The notes beneath the pieces were generated by a model. The model worked only from the letters and a program-made list of their open reading frames with translations. It searched no databases and was not told the origin of the DNA. DNA of 63,701 bases, counting the filler, from Gonapodya sp. JEL0774 (lineage: Eukaryota): assembly GCA_027604505.1 (NCBI GenBank). It is 4 parts of 4 records of this genome, joined end to end, with 100 filler letters (N's around TTAATTAATTAA, not from the genome) between each part and the next. Parts side by side here need not be neighbours in the genome. Positions count along the whole stretch, not along the records: positions 1 to 16,127 come from JADIIX010000283.1; 3 more parts are not named here. One strand, 5' to 3'. Shown here piece by piece: positions 1 through 14,193 of this stretch. The stretch's first letter is position 1, and the number at the start of each line of letters is the position of its first letter. A program made the translations under genes and the position numbers.

Positions 1-1571
1 TGGTCGAATCGAGATCCCCGTCAACGTCGATCTGAACGCTCTGTTTGTCACAGTACATCGTCGTGTCGCCACTGAACAAGCCCATTTGCTCTCACTGGCG
101 TCTACTTCATTTACTTCAATTAACGGTGGGGAACGTGCTGGTTCCAAGGTTTCAAGAAGGTTCCTAGAGGTGCTTGCCGTACCACAATATGGAACTGCCA
201 TTGCTCACGCCAAGTACATCTATCGCCGCTATGTCGATGGAGGGGTATTTTTGTGTGTTCGAGGGGTCCTCAAAAGACAATGTTCCACTGCTCATTTTTC
301 TCCTTGGAAGGAATGAAAAAGAAAACCAACAATAATCAACGCCATTTCACTACCACCAAGCCCTGTAATATCTCGGAAACGTAATGTGAGTAAAACCTCC
401 ACAAAGGAGGACTGTTGTGGCGACTCTTCATGGTGGAGACTGGCCACCCCCTCCGAGATATTGTATGATGATTTCGATCCTTTGGCTGGAAGACATCCCA
501 TGGATTATAACATCGATCAATGGTTTCGCGACTTTATTGAGATTCTGAATCTTGGTGGAATGCTATGTTCAAAGCAACAGGAAGACTGTATCCATAACCG
601 CTCCATTCGGATGATATATTGACCGATATGTTGACTTCTCTTCGACAGATTGTTGGCTCTGGTGTTCTATGCCAGGTGGACACAGGAAAGGAAATGGATC
701 TAGACTTTTGGTGGCTTTGACTTTCATCATCAGAGTTTCTTTCGAGAGTGGAGAGTGGACCAAAACGGGTGCCGAGTGGCTGTTTCCCACTGTGTTCAAT
801 TCTGATTTTATGATTAGAGTTGTTTTAGGCAGTGTTTCCTTCCGAGATTTGGGGTGTGTCTCCTAGGTTGAACACGTTCAAGTTTATGCCATCCATCCAT
901 CAATAGAAACGTATTTAGCACACTGACTGAATCTACTTTTGAATCCACCACCGGGAGAAGCACATCGAGAAGAAATGTGGTGAACCACTTACCCCTCACG
1001 GCTTTGTATTTCGACTTGCGCTTGTAGCAGAAGCGCAAGACCTGCATTTCGCATTTCAAAACAATACACTGAGCGAGGGTGCTCTCAGGCTTATCTTTTG
1101 GCAAATGAATAGAAACGTACATCCCTGTTCAACAAAATTGCGCACGGTGTTCGCAATTTGATCGAAAAGATGCCAAAGAGGCAAAATCTGAGAGAGCAAT
1201 TCTTCTCGTAGAAGCAACCAAAGAGCCAAAGTGCAACGACATCATTGCATTGGAGAAGCGATTACCATCCTGGGATGGAAAGACGACTTGCGCGAGGGCA
1301 GAAGTGTCCAAAAGAGGAAACCAATGTAAAGAATGATGGAGCTCCCATCACGGAAAGGAAAAGCTGCAGATAATTATCATGTTTCCGGCAGCATGCGCAG
1401 CAGAGGTGCGGGAAATGTATGTGCGTCCGAAGAAATGATGATCTGCTACGTCGGGCACGCGAGATCTAACATGCGGGTAAACAGATGAAACGTGGCTGCC
1501 CATGGAACAGTGCACGACCCGCTCACATGTTGCGCAAGGTGCGTATGCAAGCAAATATCAACATGACGGGA

Positions 1572-1578
1572 TATAAAA
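1572..1578 (+). promoter_or_regulatory. Putative TATA box of the AIF-like gene
   Basis: TATAAAA about 125 bp upstream of the ATG at 1699, followed by a pyrimidine-rich leader. Confidence 0.45.
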
Positions 1579-1698
1579 ATGGACAGAACTGGGTCGCTCT
1601 CATTACCAAGAAGTCAATTCGATTCCACGGATCTGTAATCCAGTACACGTCATCCCACACAATCCCCGCTGCATTCAACTCCACCGCACCATCACACA

Positions 1699-3257
1699 AT
1701 GCACTTGCCATCCACACTTCCCGATCGCAAAAACGCAGTCGTTATCGGAGGCTCTTTTGCCGGTACGTTGTCCCCACTCTCTCTGTCTTGATTTCGGTCC
1801 ACTCTTCTCACCACCACCGGCTCCCCTGTAGGTATATCCGCCGTAAACTCCCTCAAGGGCCGCCTCCCTCCCTCCCACCGTGTCATTCTCATCGAACCTC
1901 GCTCCACGTTCCACTTCGCCTTCGCCTTCCCCCGTGCCGCCGTGCTCGGGGGGTTCGAGGACTCGCTCTTTATACCTTACGCTAAGCTCTTTTCTAATCC
2001 GGACGAGGGCGTCGTTCTGAGGTGTAAGGCTGTAGAAGTGGCGCCCGACCACGTCGTGGTGGATCGGCCCGTGCGGATTGGTCCCAGCGGGAACGCGGAC
2101 GGAGAGCCAACGACGGTTGTACCGTTCGAGTACCTCGTCTACGCTGCTGGCGCGACGCATCCAAGCCCGACATCACTGTCCGACACCGGAACCAAGCAGG
2201 ACTCGGTGCACGAACTCAAGCAGTGGCAGGAGGAGATCCGTCAGGCCACCAACATCCTAGTCGTTGGCGGCGGGGGGTCGGGTGTCGAACTGGCCGCCGA
2301 GATCGCCGAAAAGTACGGCCCGCGAAAGAAAGTCACCCTGGCGCATTCGCGGGACCGGTACTTCGGGTTGTTTGGCACCGACCTGGACAGGGTGCTGACC
2401 AACGTTCTGGGAAGGCTGGGAGTCCAGCAGATCAAGGGAGAGCGTGTTGTGGTGCCTCCGGGTGGATTTGCGAACGACGGCGTGCTGAGAGCGGTGAAGA
2501 CTGCATCTGGGAGGGAGATCGAGTCAGATCTTCAGGTATGTTCCAGCTCGTTCTTCTTCTCTGCCGTCTGCACTTTGAACTCACTGGATTCCCTCCACCC
2601 CCTCCCCCGGCACAGATCCTCTGCACAGGCCTCATTCCCAACACCGAGGCCCTGCGCACGTACTTCCCTGACATCCTCACCTCCTCCGGCTTCGTCCCGA
2701 CGCTCCCCACGGGACAGGTCCGGTCGCCCGCCTACCCACACATCTTCGCCGTCGGGGACGTCACGGAGGGCCAGCACAAGACGGCCAAAAACGGACAGCG
2801 GCAAGCCGATGTGGCGGCGGAGAACATTCTCTTGATGGCCCGTCGGCGGACGCTGGGGCTTCCCACTCCGGCACAGAAGGAGTTGCAGCAGAGCGTACAG
2901 ACGGGGGCTAAGATACACCTGACGATGGGACATACCGCGGATGTGGTCGCAAGAGTGGATGAGAGCGGGAGGGGGGAGGCGGCGGAGAGGCCCTACAGGG
3001 CAAAGGGAGGGGAGAACTTAGGCGCGGGGAGGATGTGGGCGAGGCTTGGGTACTTCGACTCGGAGGAAGGGTCTGGTGGACGTGGTAGGCGAGGCGGATG
3101 GCGCGGCTTGTGGGGTGGGGAAGGTGAGGGTGACAGCGTCGAGGGTGGGAGGTTGGGCGGGAGGGCAAGATACGGACACCACCACCATCACCACCATGGG
3201 GGACGAGGGCACCACGGGCACCCGTATGGACGGGGTATGTGGAGTGCGATGGCGTGA
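1699..3257 (+). CDS. FAD/NAD(P)H-dependent oxidoreductase, AIF/AMID (AIFM2/FSP1-like) family, 3 exons
   Basis: Spliced reading MHLPSTLPDRKNAVVIGGSFAG|ISAVNSL..VILIEPRSTF (intron 1763-1831). Second Rossmann motif ILVVGGGGSGVELAAEI, YLVYAAG, and IFAVGD (intron about 2537-2617). Confidence 0.9.
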
Positions 3258-4241
3258 TCTTGCGTTGGGTTTAGATTGTCAAGTGTCTTTGCTTGTAGAA
3301 AACACGTGTAAATGTTGTTGTTGATTGGTAAAAGATGATGCGGTAACCTCCCGATGATATGTCTTTTCATCTTGTCCATAATTCCCTTCCTTTTTTTGTC
3401 ACCCTCCTCGCCAAAGCTTACACAACGTCAGATGTGCACTTTCTCAGTTGAAGCAGGGGGCGATCTGTGAACTTGGTGAGCACGTGACTCGCACCTTTTG
3501 AGCCAACTCACAAACCACCCACACGCATAATTCCCCAACTCGTAACTCACTCACTTGTGGGATCTCGTAACCCACAACTCGGCTCGGTCATATCTGAGGT
3601 GACTTGGTCGCGGCAACACTTATGTCTTAGCTACAAGCGTCCAAGCCCTGAACTGTTGATTCCAGCGCAGGAGTTGTCTTAGATGTAATTTTAGTTACCG
3701 CTACATGGCTACATAATTATATAAAGAGGCTCTCGGTGAGGCCATATGATGGAAGACTATGTCATCATAAGCGATCGAAATCAGAGGTGGTGCTCAGAGA
3801 CTGTTGATCTAAGTGTGCTCGATCCTCTTCTCTTATTGTTGCACATTCGCTCGGGGGTGCTGTTGCAACAGGGTCCACAATGGTGCAGGCGGGCAAGTTA
3901 CAGAAGATCACATTGTTCTTCAGATCCTTGTACCCAATGTCCAAGCTGGCTCTACGCATCGATTGCCTGATGTGATGAACGCTCGAAACTCCAAGTGATC
4001 CACGTGCGCCTCAAGAGTGGTCTCTTACATTGGTCACTGTCGCACTCTATTCATATCAGGCTTTGGTGACTACCCGCGCATTGCGCCAGCGCCTTGTCGC
4101 AACCCACACCCTCTCAAAACCCACGAAAATCAGTACTTTTTACTGAATGTCCCGAAAGCCAACATAGATATTGTCGTCAACTCTTTTTTTCTTTTCTCTC
4201 ATTGTTCCATTCGCCCTTCACCAAATGCCCATACCCCAGAT

Positions 4242-7031
4242 TCATATTTTAATCTTGACGGCTTTTATTTGTGTCCTGCGATGCAAGATCCAAACGACGC
4301 ACATCAGTGGACACCGCACTTGAAACCGCTCGAATGATGTTTCCTCACCATTCCCTCAGGGCCTCCTCCCCAAATTCTCCACCCACCCCAGATTCTTTGT
4401 AGGCTCCCACCGATGCATTAGGCGTCATGACTAGGAATGTGTTGACCCACACAGTACCAGCCTCGAGAGCGGAGGAGACACGAATGGCACGGCTGAGATC
4501 CTTGGTAAACACGCCAGCCGCAAGACCCTGAGTCGATTTACGCGGATTTGAGAGTGGTTTGTGTATGAGCAGGGTGGGGACACAACGATGCAAGTAACTC
4601 ACAAAGGTGGAGTCGTTGGCTCGTTTAACAACTTCGTCCTCCGTTTCAAACTTGTTGATGCATACCACTATTGGTACGATACAGGACAGTTCAGCAAAGC
4701 ATGAATGGAACTATACACATTAAAAGCAACTGACCTGGCCCAAAGATCTCCTCCGCCATGAGCTTTCCTGACTCGGGGATACCAGAGAAAATGGTGGGTT
4801 CGAGGAAATAGCCTTGCCCGGCCACCTTGTTCCCACCCAAGATGAGTTGGCCTTCTTTCTTGCCGGCTTCTATATACTTGAGGATGTTATTCAATCTATT
4901 TGGCGTGGAAGGAATAGATGATACATCATCGTACACTCAGTGTCGTCAGTTTAGCACTTACTGAATATCGTCGATTATTGGCCCCAGGGTAGTGCCTTCT
5001 TCAAACGGGTTCCCGAGCTTGAGGCCTTGAGCCACGGCCGAATACTTTTTAGTGAACTCATCCGCGATCGACTTCTGAACATATACGCGGGATGGGGTGA
5101 TGCACTGTGGAATCGTGCAAGAATTGTCACCAGATAGCAGGGATAACACGCAGTTTAAAAGTTTAAAGGCTGGGTTACTTACGGTCTGCGCATTGTTGTA
5201 GAAGAAGGTGGACGCAACTGGAGATACTTCCGCAGGTCAAATCCCGGAAGCGGCATTACGCTATGCATACTATGACTACTCACGCATCCCTGCCGCCATG
5301 TCTAGATCCGCATCCTCAAAAACAATAGCAGGGGATTTGCCTCCTAGTTCCAAAGTGATTCTCTTGAGGTTGGTGTCCGCCGCGGTTCTGAGGATGTGTC
5401 GGCCAGTGCGACCAGAGCCGGTGAAGGAGACTGGTGAAGTGATTGGCCCGGATGAGTGACTCAGATAAGAAAGGGAAGATTAGAGTGACAAACTCAACGT
5501 TTCGCAATATCGGGGTGCACCGCAACTTGAGAAAGAATTCCAGAAACCACGTTGTTACCAATTATCATAGTGAAAGGCTTAGTTTAGCAAGAGGATAGAC
5601 TGGGACGACCATACTACTCACGGGCTTGACCGCATGTCGTCCCAAACCTTGAATTGGGGAATTAAGTAGTGGATCGCCCTGAAAAAGTTCAAGCTAAGCC
5701 ACACAAAATACTCACCCACTCAGAACTTGAATAACACCCTAGGTCGAAATTAGAAGTTGGCATGCATTTTCCCCAGTCCACTCCACCTCTCTACCTACTC
5801 ACGTCAGGGAAGCCTGCCTCCTTAGCAAGAGCACCAAGGGCCAGCGCGGTGAGCGGAGTTTTCTCCGACGATTTCATGATGATAACATTCTGTCAAGGGG
5901 TTTGATGGAGCCTTTATGAAACCACTTCTGTTTGCTGAAAGCTTGAATGAGCAACCTCACCCCGCATGCAACCGAGGGGGCGACTTTGATGACCCAGATG
6001 TCAAGAGGGTAGTTCCCTTTCGCAATTAAGGATGAGAATAAACATTCAGGAACCAGGGATACCGAAGAGACTCACATGGGATGATTCCACAGGTCTTTGT
6101 CAATCCAGGCAAGATTAGAAACAGCACAGTAATAAAGAATAACGTTACAGACAACAACTTACCACCCCGTATGGCTCGTGTCTCGTAAAGTTGAAATATT
6201 TGTCTGTATCCATCTGCGTCCTACCCTCAAGCTTGTCTGCATAGCCCGCGTAACACCTCACCAGTGCTGCTGCAGAGGCAACGTGGCCCATGTTCGCGCT
6301 ATATAGTTTTCCCTGGTCCATTGACTCAATAGCAGCAAGGGTGGCGGCATTCCCTTCAATCAAGTCGGCAAATTTGTAGAGAAGCCGACCGCGCTCAACT
6401 CCATCCATGCTACGCCAGGATTTGAAGGCCTATCGTGCGGACGTGGAGAGATCGGATCTATGAGATCTAGAGAAAAACTGGTGTGTAGAGTGCAGTACAA
6501 GTCAATACTTGCGTTCTTGGCTGCTTCGACGGCGTCATCGACATCTTCTTTGTCAGCCTCTATGGGGAAAAATAGGGATTAGGTGGAACACAAGCAAAAC
6601 ATGGTTGGCATAGTGCTACAGTAGAGACTCTGGCGGAATTTCGATGTCGAACCATAGACCTCAGTGATAACCTCGCCTGTGCCTTAAAGCATCGCCGAAT
6701 ACAGGTTGGATTGGGGCAAACGATAAGTTTGACGTGACAAAAAACGAACTAGGATTTACGGTGGCGAACTACCATGCAACAGACGCGGAGTGAGCAATCG
6801 AGATGAGTGTCGGGCCCTAGGCTGTGCTTGCTCCATCTTCGCACACGTCACCTTCTTCCCGCTCCTGCTCTTGACAAACTGGCCATTGATGAGAAGGCCG
6901 GTGTGAAGATTAGTCTTCAAACCCGTGGGGAGAGTAATATCTATAAGATCCGAGAACTGGTGCGTGGCAAGACAACGGTGTGATTGGGGCCAGGAGAGAC
7001 GGGTGTGGATACTCATAGCACCCACCGTCAT
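4242..7031 (-). CDS. NAD(P)-dependent aldehyde dehydrogenase, many short exons
   Basis: Motifs [58 protein letters not shown] and [22 protein letters not shown]. The start codon position is approximate. Confidence 0.93.
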
Positions 7032-8073
7032 TGATATCAAATTTGCGACAATATGAGGTATAAATCTGGGTAACGTGAATCGTTCCCGGTACCTTTGAAG
7101 CAGGTGCGGAAATTTCAAGTTTCCCCCAAACACATGGGGCACGGGCGTATCGATTCTCCCGCAATGGGAGACAAAGGGTTACTTATTATTAATGAAGGTC
7201 CATCAAGAATAGTGCAAGCATTCCTCGAGCCCAAAACAATTCGGATTACCAACCATCAACCCATTGCAATCTGAACCGGTCTGGATTGGTCAGGATTGGG
7301 GTCTATCATTGGGAGTGCTTTGGATTGGTTTTTAATGTGCAGGAACGCCATGCTTGTGTTCGAGGACTTGCAAGTCTGCACCAGTTTACTGGTTAATGCA
7401 AATGAACTTTCTTGCCGCCACGCCCTCTTCCTCCTCCTCCGGCACTCTTCAACTGTTCTAAGGCGCTCTAACTTGCAAAAATAAGTGTGGAAATCATGGT
7501 CGCAATACATACTGATGAAATAAAATTGGTTAGGGTCTCTCCGCACGAGATTCTGAGTGTTCTTCCAATAAAACTGGGATGGTCAAAAACTCACCGGCTG
7601 TCATCTATCGCCACAACACCCCTCCCCACTTCGAATTCTAGATATGTATCTAATTTGCACTCTTCTTCTCGTTGAGATGAGTCATGCACACACCACGCAC
7701 GGTCACTTTGTTCCTTCTCTTCCAACTACGCTCTATTGGATCTTCTATTATTGCACAACTTAAGACTATAGTTTGTAATCTCCGAGAGATTCATTGAATG
7801 AACTATTCATTTCTGGTTACTCCCTAGCATATTTTCGTATTATCTACAATGTAAATGTACTCTGCCTGCGTAGCCAAAACGTTCTTGAGGTGTATGCGGA
7901 TACGTGGTGGCATTTCAGTACTGCAATTCAGATGAGCCCTAAAAAACCGCCTGCGGCAAAACGAGTACACCACGGCTACTCTTTCGCGGATATCGAGTAC
8001 ACGCTGACCTGTATATAATTAAAAAACTATTCATTCAAGATTGTCTGAGCTCAATTGATTAATCGTGCTGAAG

Positions 8074-11019
8074 ATGGGCCAGGAGAACGACGTCCCTCTC
8101 GCTGATAGCGACAAGACCCCTAACCTTGAAGCTGCTGAAGCTGCCGTGAACGCCGGATACTCCGAAGGAGATTCGAACTCTTTAAAAGATGTGGAAGCCA
8201 ATGATCCGACAAGAGGTGACAAGCAACATACAGCGTTACAGGGCCCAGAAACAAAGAGCAATAAAGGGGTCCTGTTTTCTGTGTTATCGGTGAGCTTAGC
8301 TCGTGAGTTTCTTCGGAGCTGACTTATGGTTGGGAGGGAACAGAAGCAGCAACACTAGGTTTTTCGTGCCGTGGGTTGGTTTTCCTGGTTTGCTCGGGAA
8401 GGGAGAGTGGTCGACTATTGGAAAGCGAACGAAGCCGGCTTACCGGTCTTCCGTTTCTTATTTGCTTCTCTCAAGCTTTGTGGCTCTACTTACTCTCTGT
8501 GGTTGGGGAGTTTTGAATAGGGAGGAGTTCATGCGGATGCTTTCCAACGCACATGACATAGTCGTCTTACAATCCGGACTCTTTTCATCCCCTTCAAATC
8601 CCATCCCTTCCAGTGGTAGGTAGGCTCTTCGCATTAGAAAGCGCATGAAGAATCTCAATCACTCGTTTGCAGACCTTAGCAAGTCTTAGCTCGACGCTCG
8701 TTGGTACGTTTAAAAATGCAGCCAATGATGATATCTCCATATACGCTACCATTCAATTTTCTATCCTGGTTTGTTTCCACTCTTAGCAACAATGCTCCCC
8801 ACAATATCGCGAGACCTGAACGGAGAATCCAATTACTCCTGGGTTGGAACGGGATATCTCCTTACAAGTATATATTATCACATCTCTCGCTCCGCCAATC
8901 GTATTGTTTGTTCCATACATTTATACCTTCCTCTTTCCAGGCACCGCCCTTGCTCCTGCATGGGGCTCCCTCTCAGACATTTTTGGCCGTTAAAACCTCA
9001 TCATCGTCGCCATCGTCGAATTTCTCATCTTCACCACCGTGTGTGGAGTGGCCACATCCATGATGATGCTTATTATTGGCAGAGTCCTACAGGGAATTGG
9101 TGGGGGTGCTCTCTTGTCGATGGCGTTTGTCGTGATTGGGGAGATTGGTTCGTTTTTGTTCTTGGTTACGGTGTTCAGTTTCGTAATGACAAACTCAATG
9201 CTTACATTAATTGTTTGCTTCAGTACCGCAATCCGAGATGGGAAAGTACATGGGGTTAATGGGAGCTATGAGCGGTTTTTCAGCAGCCCCTTGGGGTGAG
9301 TGTCTTTATTCGCGAAATTTCCACATGATCGCACGCGTGACCAGCTCCACCTTCCTTCCCTCCACCCTGATCAAAGCCTCTCATCGGGGACTCCTTAACG
9401 ACTACCTTAATTGGCGTTGGGGGTTTTACATCTGTCTCCCCGTCGGCACCGTCGCGCTCGTCGGCTGTCTTTTTGGTCTCACTCTGCCACCACCTCGCGG
9501 CACTCTGCGCGATCAGATCAAACGTGTCGATTACATTGGTTTGACGCTTCTCACAATCGCTATAACGCTCTTGCTCCTGGCACTCTCTTGGGGGGGACGC
9601 ACGTACTCGTGGGCTAGTGGGCCCGTCCTCGGTTGCATCGCAGCGGCTTTTGTGTTGTTGGGAGTTTTCTTGTGGTGGGAAACTAAGGCAACGGAGCCTA
9701 TAATTCCTCTCGTTCTATTTAAGAGCCGGGATTATGTCGCAGCGAACATTGCACTGTTTTTCTGTGAGTTCGTGTAGACCTTTGTTAACGACAGGTCACG
9801 CATTCAATCGAATTCATAACTCTCTTTCCAGCCGGATGGGCTACTTACGCCCTCGCATACTTCATACCCGTGAGTAGCGCGACCATGGCACGCCTTGCGG
9901 TAAAATCGATTTTTGATCTCTTTGAATGGCAGGTCTACTTCCAAACTGTTCGCGGAATGTCCGCAACAGACAGTGGACTCAACAAAATGAGCATGACGTG
10001 GGTGTAACCTATCTTCCTCAACCATCACATAGATAATTCTTATTGCTTCTGTGTCCACCAGGGCTGCCATGATCGTCTTCTCGATCTGTTCCGGATTATG
10101 CACCAACAAAACAGGCTACTACCATTTCATTCCCGCCACCGGCTTGGCCATTCTTGTGGTAGGACTGGGACTCTGCTCTATGTGGGACGAAAATTCCGGG
10201 AAACCGGTAGAGATATTTTCGCAGATGTTGGCGGGTGAGCTACGTTTGCCTGGCCATTATCGTTTTGTAGTGAGGTGATTGGACGTACGTGAGCGTGACA
10301 TCGGATACTTCGATCGATAGGGGCTGGTATTGGATTGATCATCAATTCCGGTCAGCTTACCGCCCAATCAATTCACCGCCCAAAGTGAGTTGAGCTCTGA
10401 CATAAACAAGGCAAAAGTTAGAGAAAGCATCATCCTTTTTGCAGTTCATTGGCCCCGGCAGCACTGTCGCAAACTTTTTCCGACTTCTTGGCGGGTACGT
10501 TAAAGGTAACCGGGTGAGGAAGCAAGGCAAGATAACATTACGGTATTGAAAACTACAGCGTTATGGGGATCGGCGTGTTCTCGATTTTATTCTCCAACAT
10601 TCTAAGTTCACAACTGGCTGATGGTTTAACCAACAATGCGGTCCAGTACCAGCTAACTGCTGACCAGATCGGTGTTCGTACTAAAGCACATCGTACAGCC
10701 ACACCACGTCCGGTCTTATCTAATCCCTATATATGCCTCTCTCCAGGTGTTCGTCGCCTACCTGCAGTCAGCTTATTCTTCAACGCCCGTTGATGTATCA
10801 TCTATTCCCGTCGACGCCCTGGCCTCACTCAACGCCGCTTATATCCACGCGAACGTGCAAGGTCTACACTGGACCTTCATCGTGTGTGTGCCTATTGTCG
10901 GCTTGGGGATCATCTTTGCGGTATTCATCAGGCACAAAGCCCTCAAGAAGACGGCAGCTCTGGACATGGTGAATTCGGAAATGGATGTACGTGATAGTAT
11001 AGAATCCGACCGCAAGTGA
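8074..11019 (+). CDS. MFS transporter, DHA2 (14-TM drug:H+ antiporter) type
   Basis: ATMLPTISRDLNG..YSWVGTGYLLTS, LIIGRVLQGIGGG, WRWGFYICLPVG, RVDYIG, WETKATEPIIPLVLFK, plus multiple hydrophobic exons. Confidence 0.9.
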
Positions 11020-11102
11020 CATTGGGTATTGTGCGGCGTGTACAGGAGAATGGATGGTTTAGAAGCACAGCAATAATATCATGCCAGACGCTTCCCTCCC
11101 AT

Positions 11103-14100
11103 CTACCCCACATTCGTCCCAGTGGCCCCTCCCCCAACACCACTCGCCACGCCTACCTTCACCCCCATCCTTCCCAACAGCCCATGCCCAGGGCTTCCAT
11201 TCAGACCACCCGCCCGAATTGACTCCAGAACGTTCCGGACCAAGTTCGCATCCAAATCCACAGGACGGTGGCGATCTCCCCCCAACCCAGTCGCACCACC
11301 TTCCTTCTCTCCATCTTCCTGATCCCCATTCACGTCACCCTCCCCGGACTCCATCTCGAATCCCTCCACAACCTTTGTTCCTGCCAGCTCCGCGTCCATC
11401 TGCGCCATATACCGCACCGCGTCTTCCTTGTCCTCTTCTTCGTCTCCACGGCCGCTTCCATCTCCTTCCACGTCAGACAAAGACGGAACCCCGTCGTCGT
11501 CGTTATCATCGTGAGAACTCTCGTCATCTGAATCGGCCTCGCCCTCAGCACGCGGGACCCGCGGTATCCGAAACGAAGACAGGGACGGCATTGCCACATC
11601 AAACCCGTCTCCGTATGTTTTACCGTCGACTCCGCTACTTACGCCACCAACGTCAAAACCTCCACCACTCAAGACATTCCTCATAGCTGTCAGGAAAGCT
11701 TCCGGATCAAGCGTCACAGAGGCCAACGTCGCCTTTGAGCCACTGTTGCCGTTCCGGTTCCTGTTCCAAGTCGTGCAGAGGGTCCAAATCTGCGTCTGAG
11801 TCCGATTCGGGATCATCCTCGTCGTCGTGGGTGTGTGGTGGGATCGACGAGGACGAAGAAGTGCCGTCGCTACCGTTGTCATCGTCTTCCTCATCGTCAG
11901 AGTCCGGATCCCTATAATGAATGCGAACGTGGTGGTTAGCACCACAACTGAACGCTACTCCCTAAACAAACCTCCCAAACTCACCCATCAACCTTGGCCC
12001 CACCCACCCCTCCAACCCCATCTACGAACTTGCCAAACCCCTCCACAATCTTCGCCATCTCTCGAACTTCCTTCATTTCAGCCGGCGTCATTCCCTCCAT
12101 TCTCTCGGCACCTGCAACATCCATTTCCACTCCGTCAATCTTTGGTCAATGCCTCCGTCGTCATCACTGTCCCCATCACCGCGTTCCACATCGTCGCCAA
12201 CGTCCATCCATTCCTCAGTGTCACCAGTAATGGGGGTTTCCGGTATTGCAATCTTTGTAGGATCGGCGAGAGTACCTTCAACCCACATACGTGGAGGGGG
12301 TAAGAAGGGTGGCGGGGCGGGAGGTGAGTCGGAGGTGGTTGCGGCTGAGGAGGAGGGTGTGTTAGAAAGGGATGGGAAGAGGGCGTGCAGGTGAAGGACG
12401 CGGGCTGTGAGCGATATGTATGGTTCAGACTTTTGATGGTACGGTGGTTGGTGGTGGTAGCGGTGCGCGTGGTCAGCCTCAAGATAATCGAAAACTCGGA
12501 CACCGTACTCACCATATCTCCACCATTCTTTATAATGAGGTCCACCAAATCCCGCCATCGTTCGTCAGAGGCAAAGTCATAGGAGTCGACCGTTGGGGCC
12601 GCAGGAGAGGTGGAATTGGAAGTGGACGGGGACTGGTAGAGCATTTCGAGACCGCATATCTTGGTTTGGGAGCGAGGTTTTGAGAGGACAAGAGTCGAAA
12701 GTCAGAAAGACTTGTTCTATTCTTGCCCAATGGAGTCACGAACGCAAACCCTTAAAACCCACCAATTTCACCCCGACATCCCACTCGATCCACTCCTGGC
12801 TCTTTTCGTCACTCCCAACCGCCCCCCGATACATCTTGGGCGGATAAAACTTCTGGCCCCTCACACGAGCCCACACCCGCTTGGACACTGCACACGACAC
12901 GCGGCGCCAGGAAGATCGGTCTGTGTCGTGGCCAGCGGGAGAGGGATGAGATATTGGGGGTGGAAGAGCGGTGGAAATAAGTGGGGAAGCCGCGGCGCGC
13001 ATGTCGGCCGGTGTGCGGTGGAGGAAGCGAAGGAAGGACATGCGGGCGAGTTGAGGGTGGGCCGTCAGTACGAGAGCTGCATGGTGAGGTACGCGGGCAA
13101 CGAAGCGGTGGGAAGAGGCGGAGGGGGCTGCAGCGGTGGGGTAGGTAGACAGTTTCCGTTGTATGGAGGAGATGGCCGCGGCAGGTGCAAGTGTCGATGC
13201 CGAGGTGTCACCGACCAAGGCGAGTGCTTGACTCAGTGTGGGCGTCGTACCACGTCGTTGGTAGCGGGGCAGTGATCGGGGTATGATGTGGGGTTGACCG
13301 CCGTAAACGAAGCAGCGGTTGACAGATGTGGAGGGGTCGAGAAAGTGAGGGAGATGAGGTGCGGCGTGAATGAGGTCCGGTGGTCCATCGGGGTCGGAGA
13401 GCCTTGGGAGGAAGGAAGTCGCAATCGCTTTAACTCGTTGTACTCATCGTAGTGCAACGGGAATCGGTGTCTTGCCGACCAAAATCTCGCACTCATTCTT
13501 CAACCCTGTTCCCACCACTCACAATTCGCTTGTCTATGTCTCACATATGTTTAATAGATCACCGTTGCAAAAACCAACTCTCCGGCCACATATGCCGGAA
13601 TAACAATCCTCAAATCCCTACCCAAACTACTGAGACACCAGCTGCTTCTCTTAGAAATTTGCCTCAACGCACTGGCCACTCCCTAAGCTGGCCCAGCGAT
13701 TCATTGATCAGATACTCACGATACGACTGCCCCCTGAACCCTCTTTGAAATCTCGTAGAGCAACCACACGATGAACCATTCGTCCTCGATAGCATCATCG
13801 AACCTAGTCCTGCCATGCAAATACGGGTAGGGCAAGAGGTGGTTGCCTGCCGTGTCCGTGTTCGCCTTCCCGTTGGAGTTCCCGATTTCGTTCGAGCTAG
13901 AGTTCCAGTTCCTGCTCCCGCTCTTGCCAACATCAGAATCGCCTTTGAAGACCGCCAGCGCGAACCCTTCCCTAGCCCACGGGTACTGAGCGGCATGCGG
14001 CACGACCCAAGCCGATATTTCGGCGAGAGTTTTCTGCAAGTACTGGCAATATTTGGCCGCCGACTGGTCAGTCGTTGGTGGGGGCAGAAAGACGGAATAT

Positions 14101-14184
14101 TCGATAAGATCGAGTGGCGCTTCGAGCGCGCCTGAGCGGAGAAGTTGAAGAAATGCGGAGTCGGACGTGAGGATGGCCTTCCAT
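11103..14184 (-). CDS. SGT1/Ecdysoneless (ECD) family protein; start codon unresolved
   Basis: Family motifs YPWAREGF, LHGRTRFDDAIEDEWFIVWLLYEISKR, HHAALVL..HPQL, YMAQMDAELAGT and PVDLDANLVRNVLES..GSPGHGLL. Confidence 0.88.
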
Positions 14185-14193
14185 GTTTAATAG

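Noticed and set aside
1699..11019. AIF-like + ALDH + MFS as a detoxification cluster
   Set aside because: All three belong to large common families and I saw no shared regulatory motif. Adjacency alone is insufficient.
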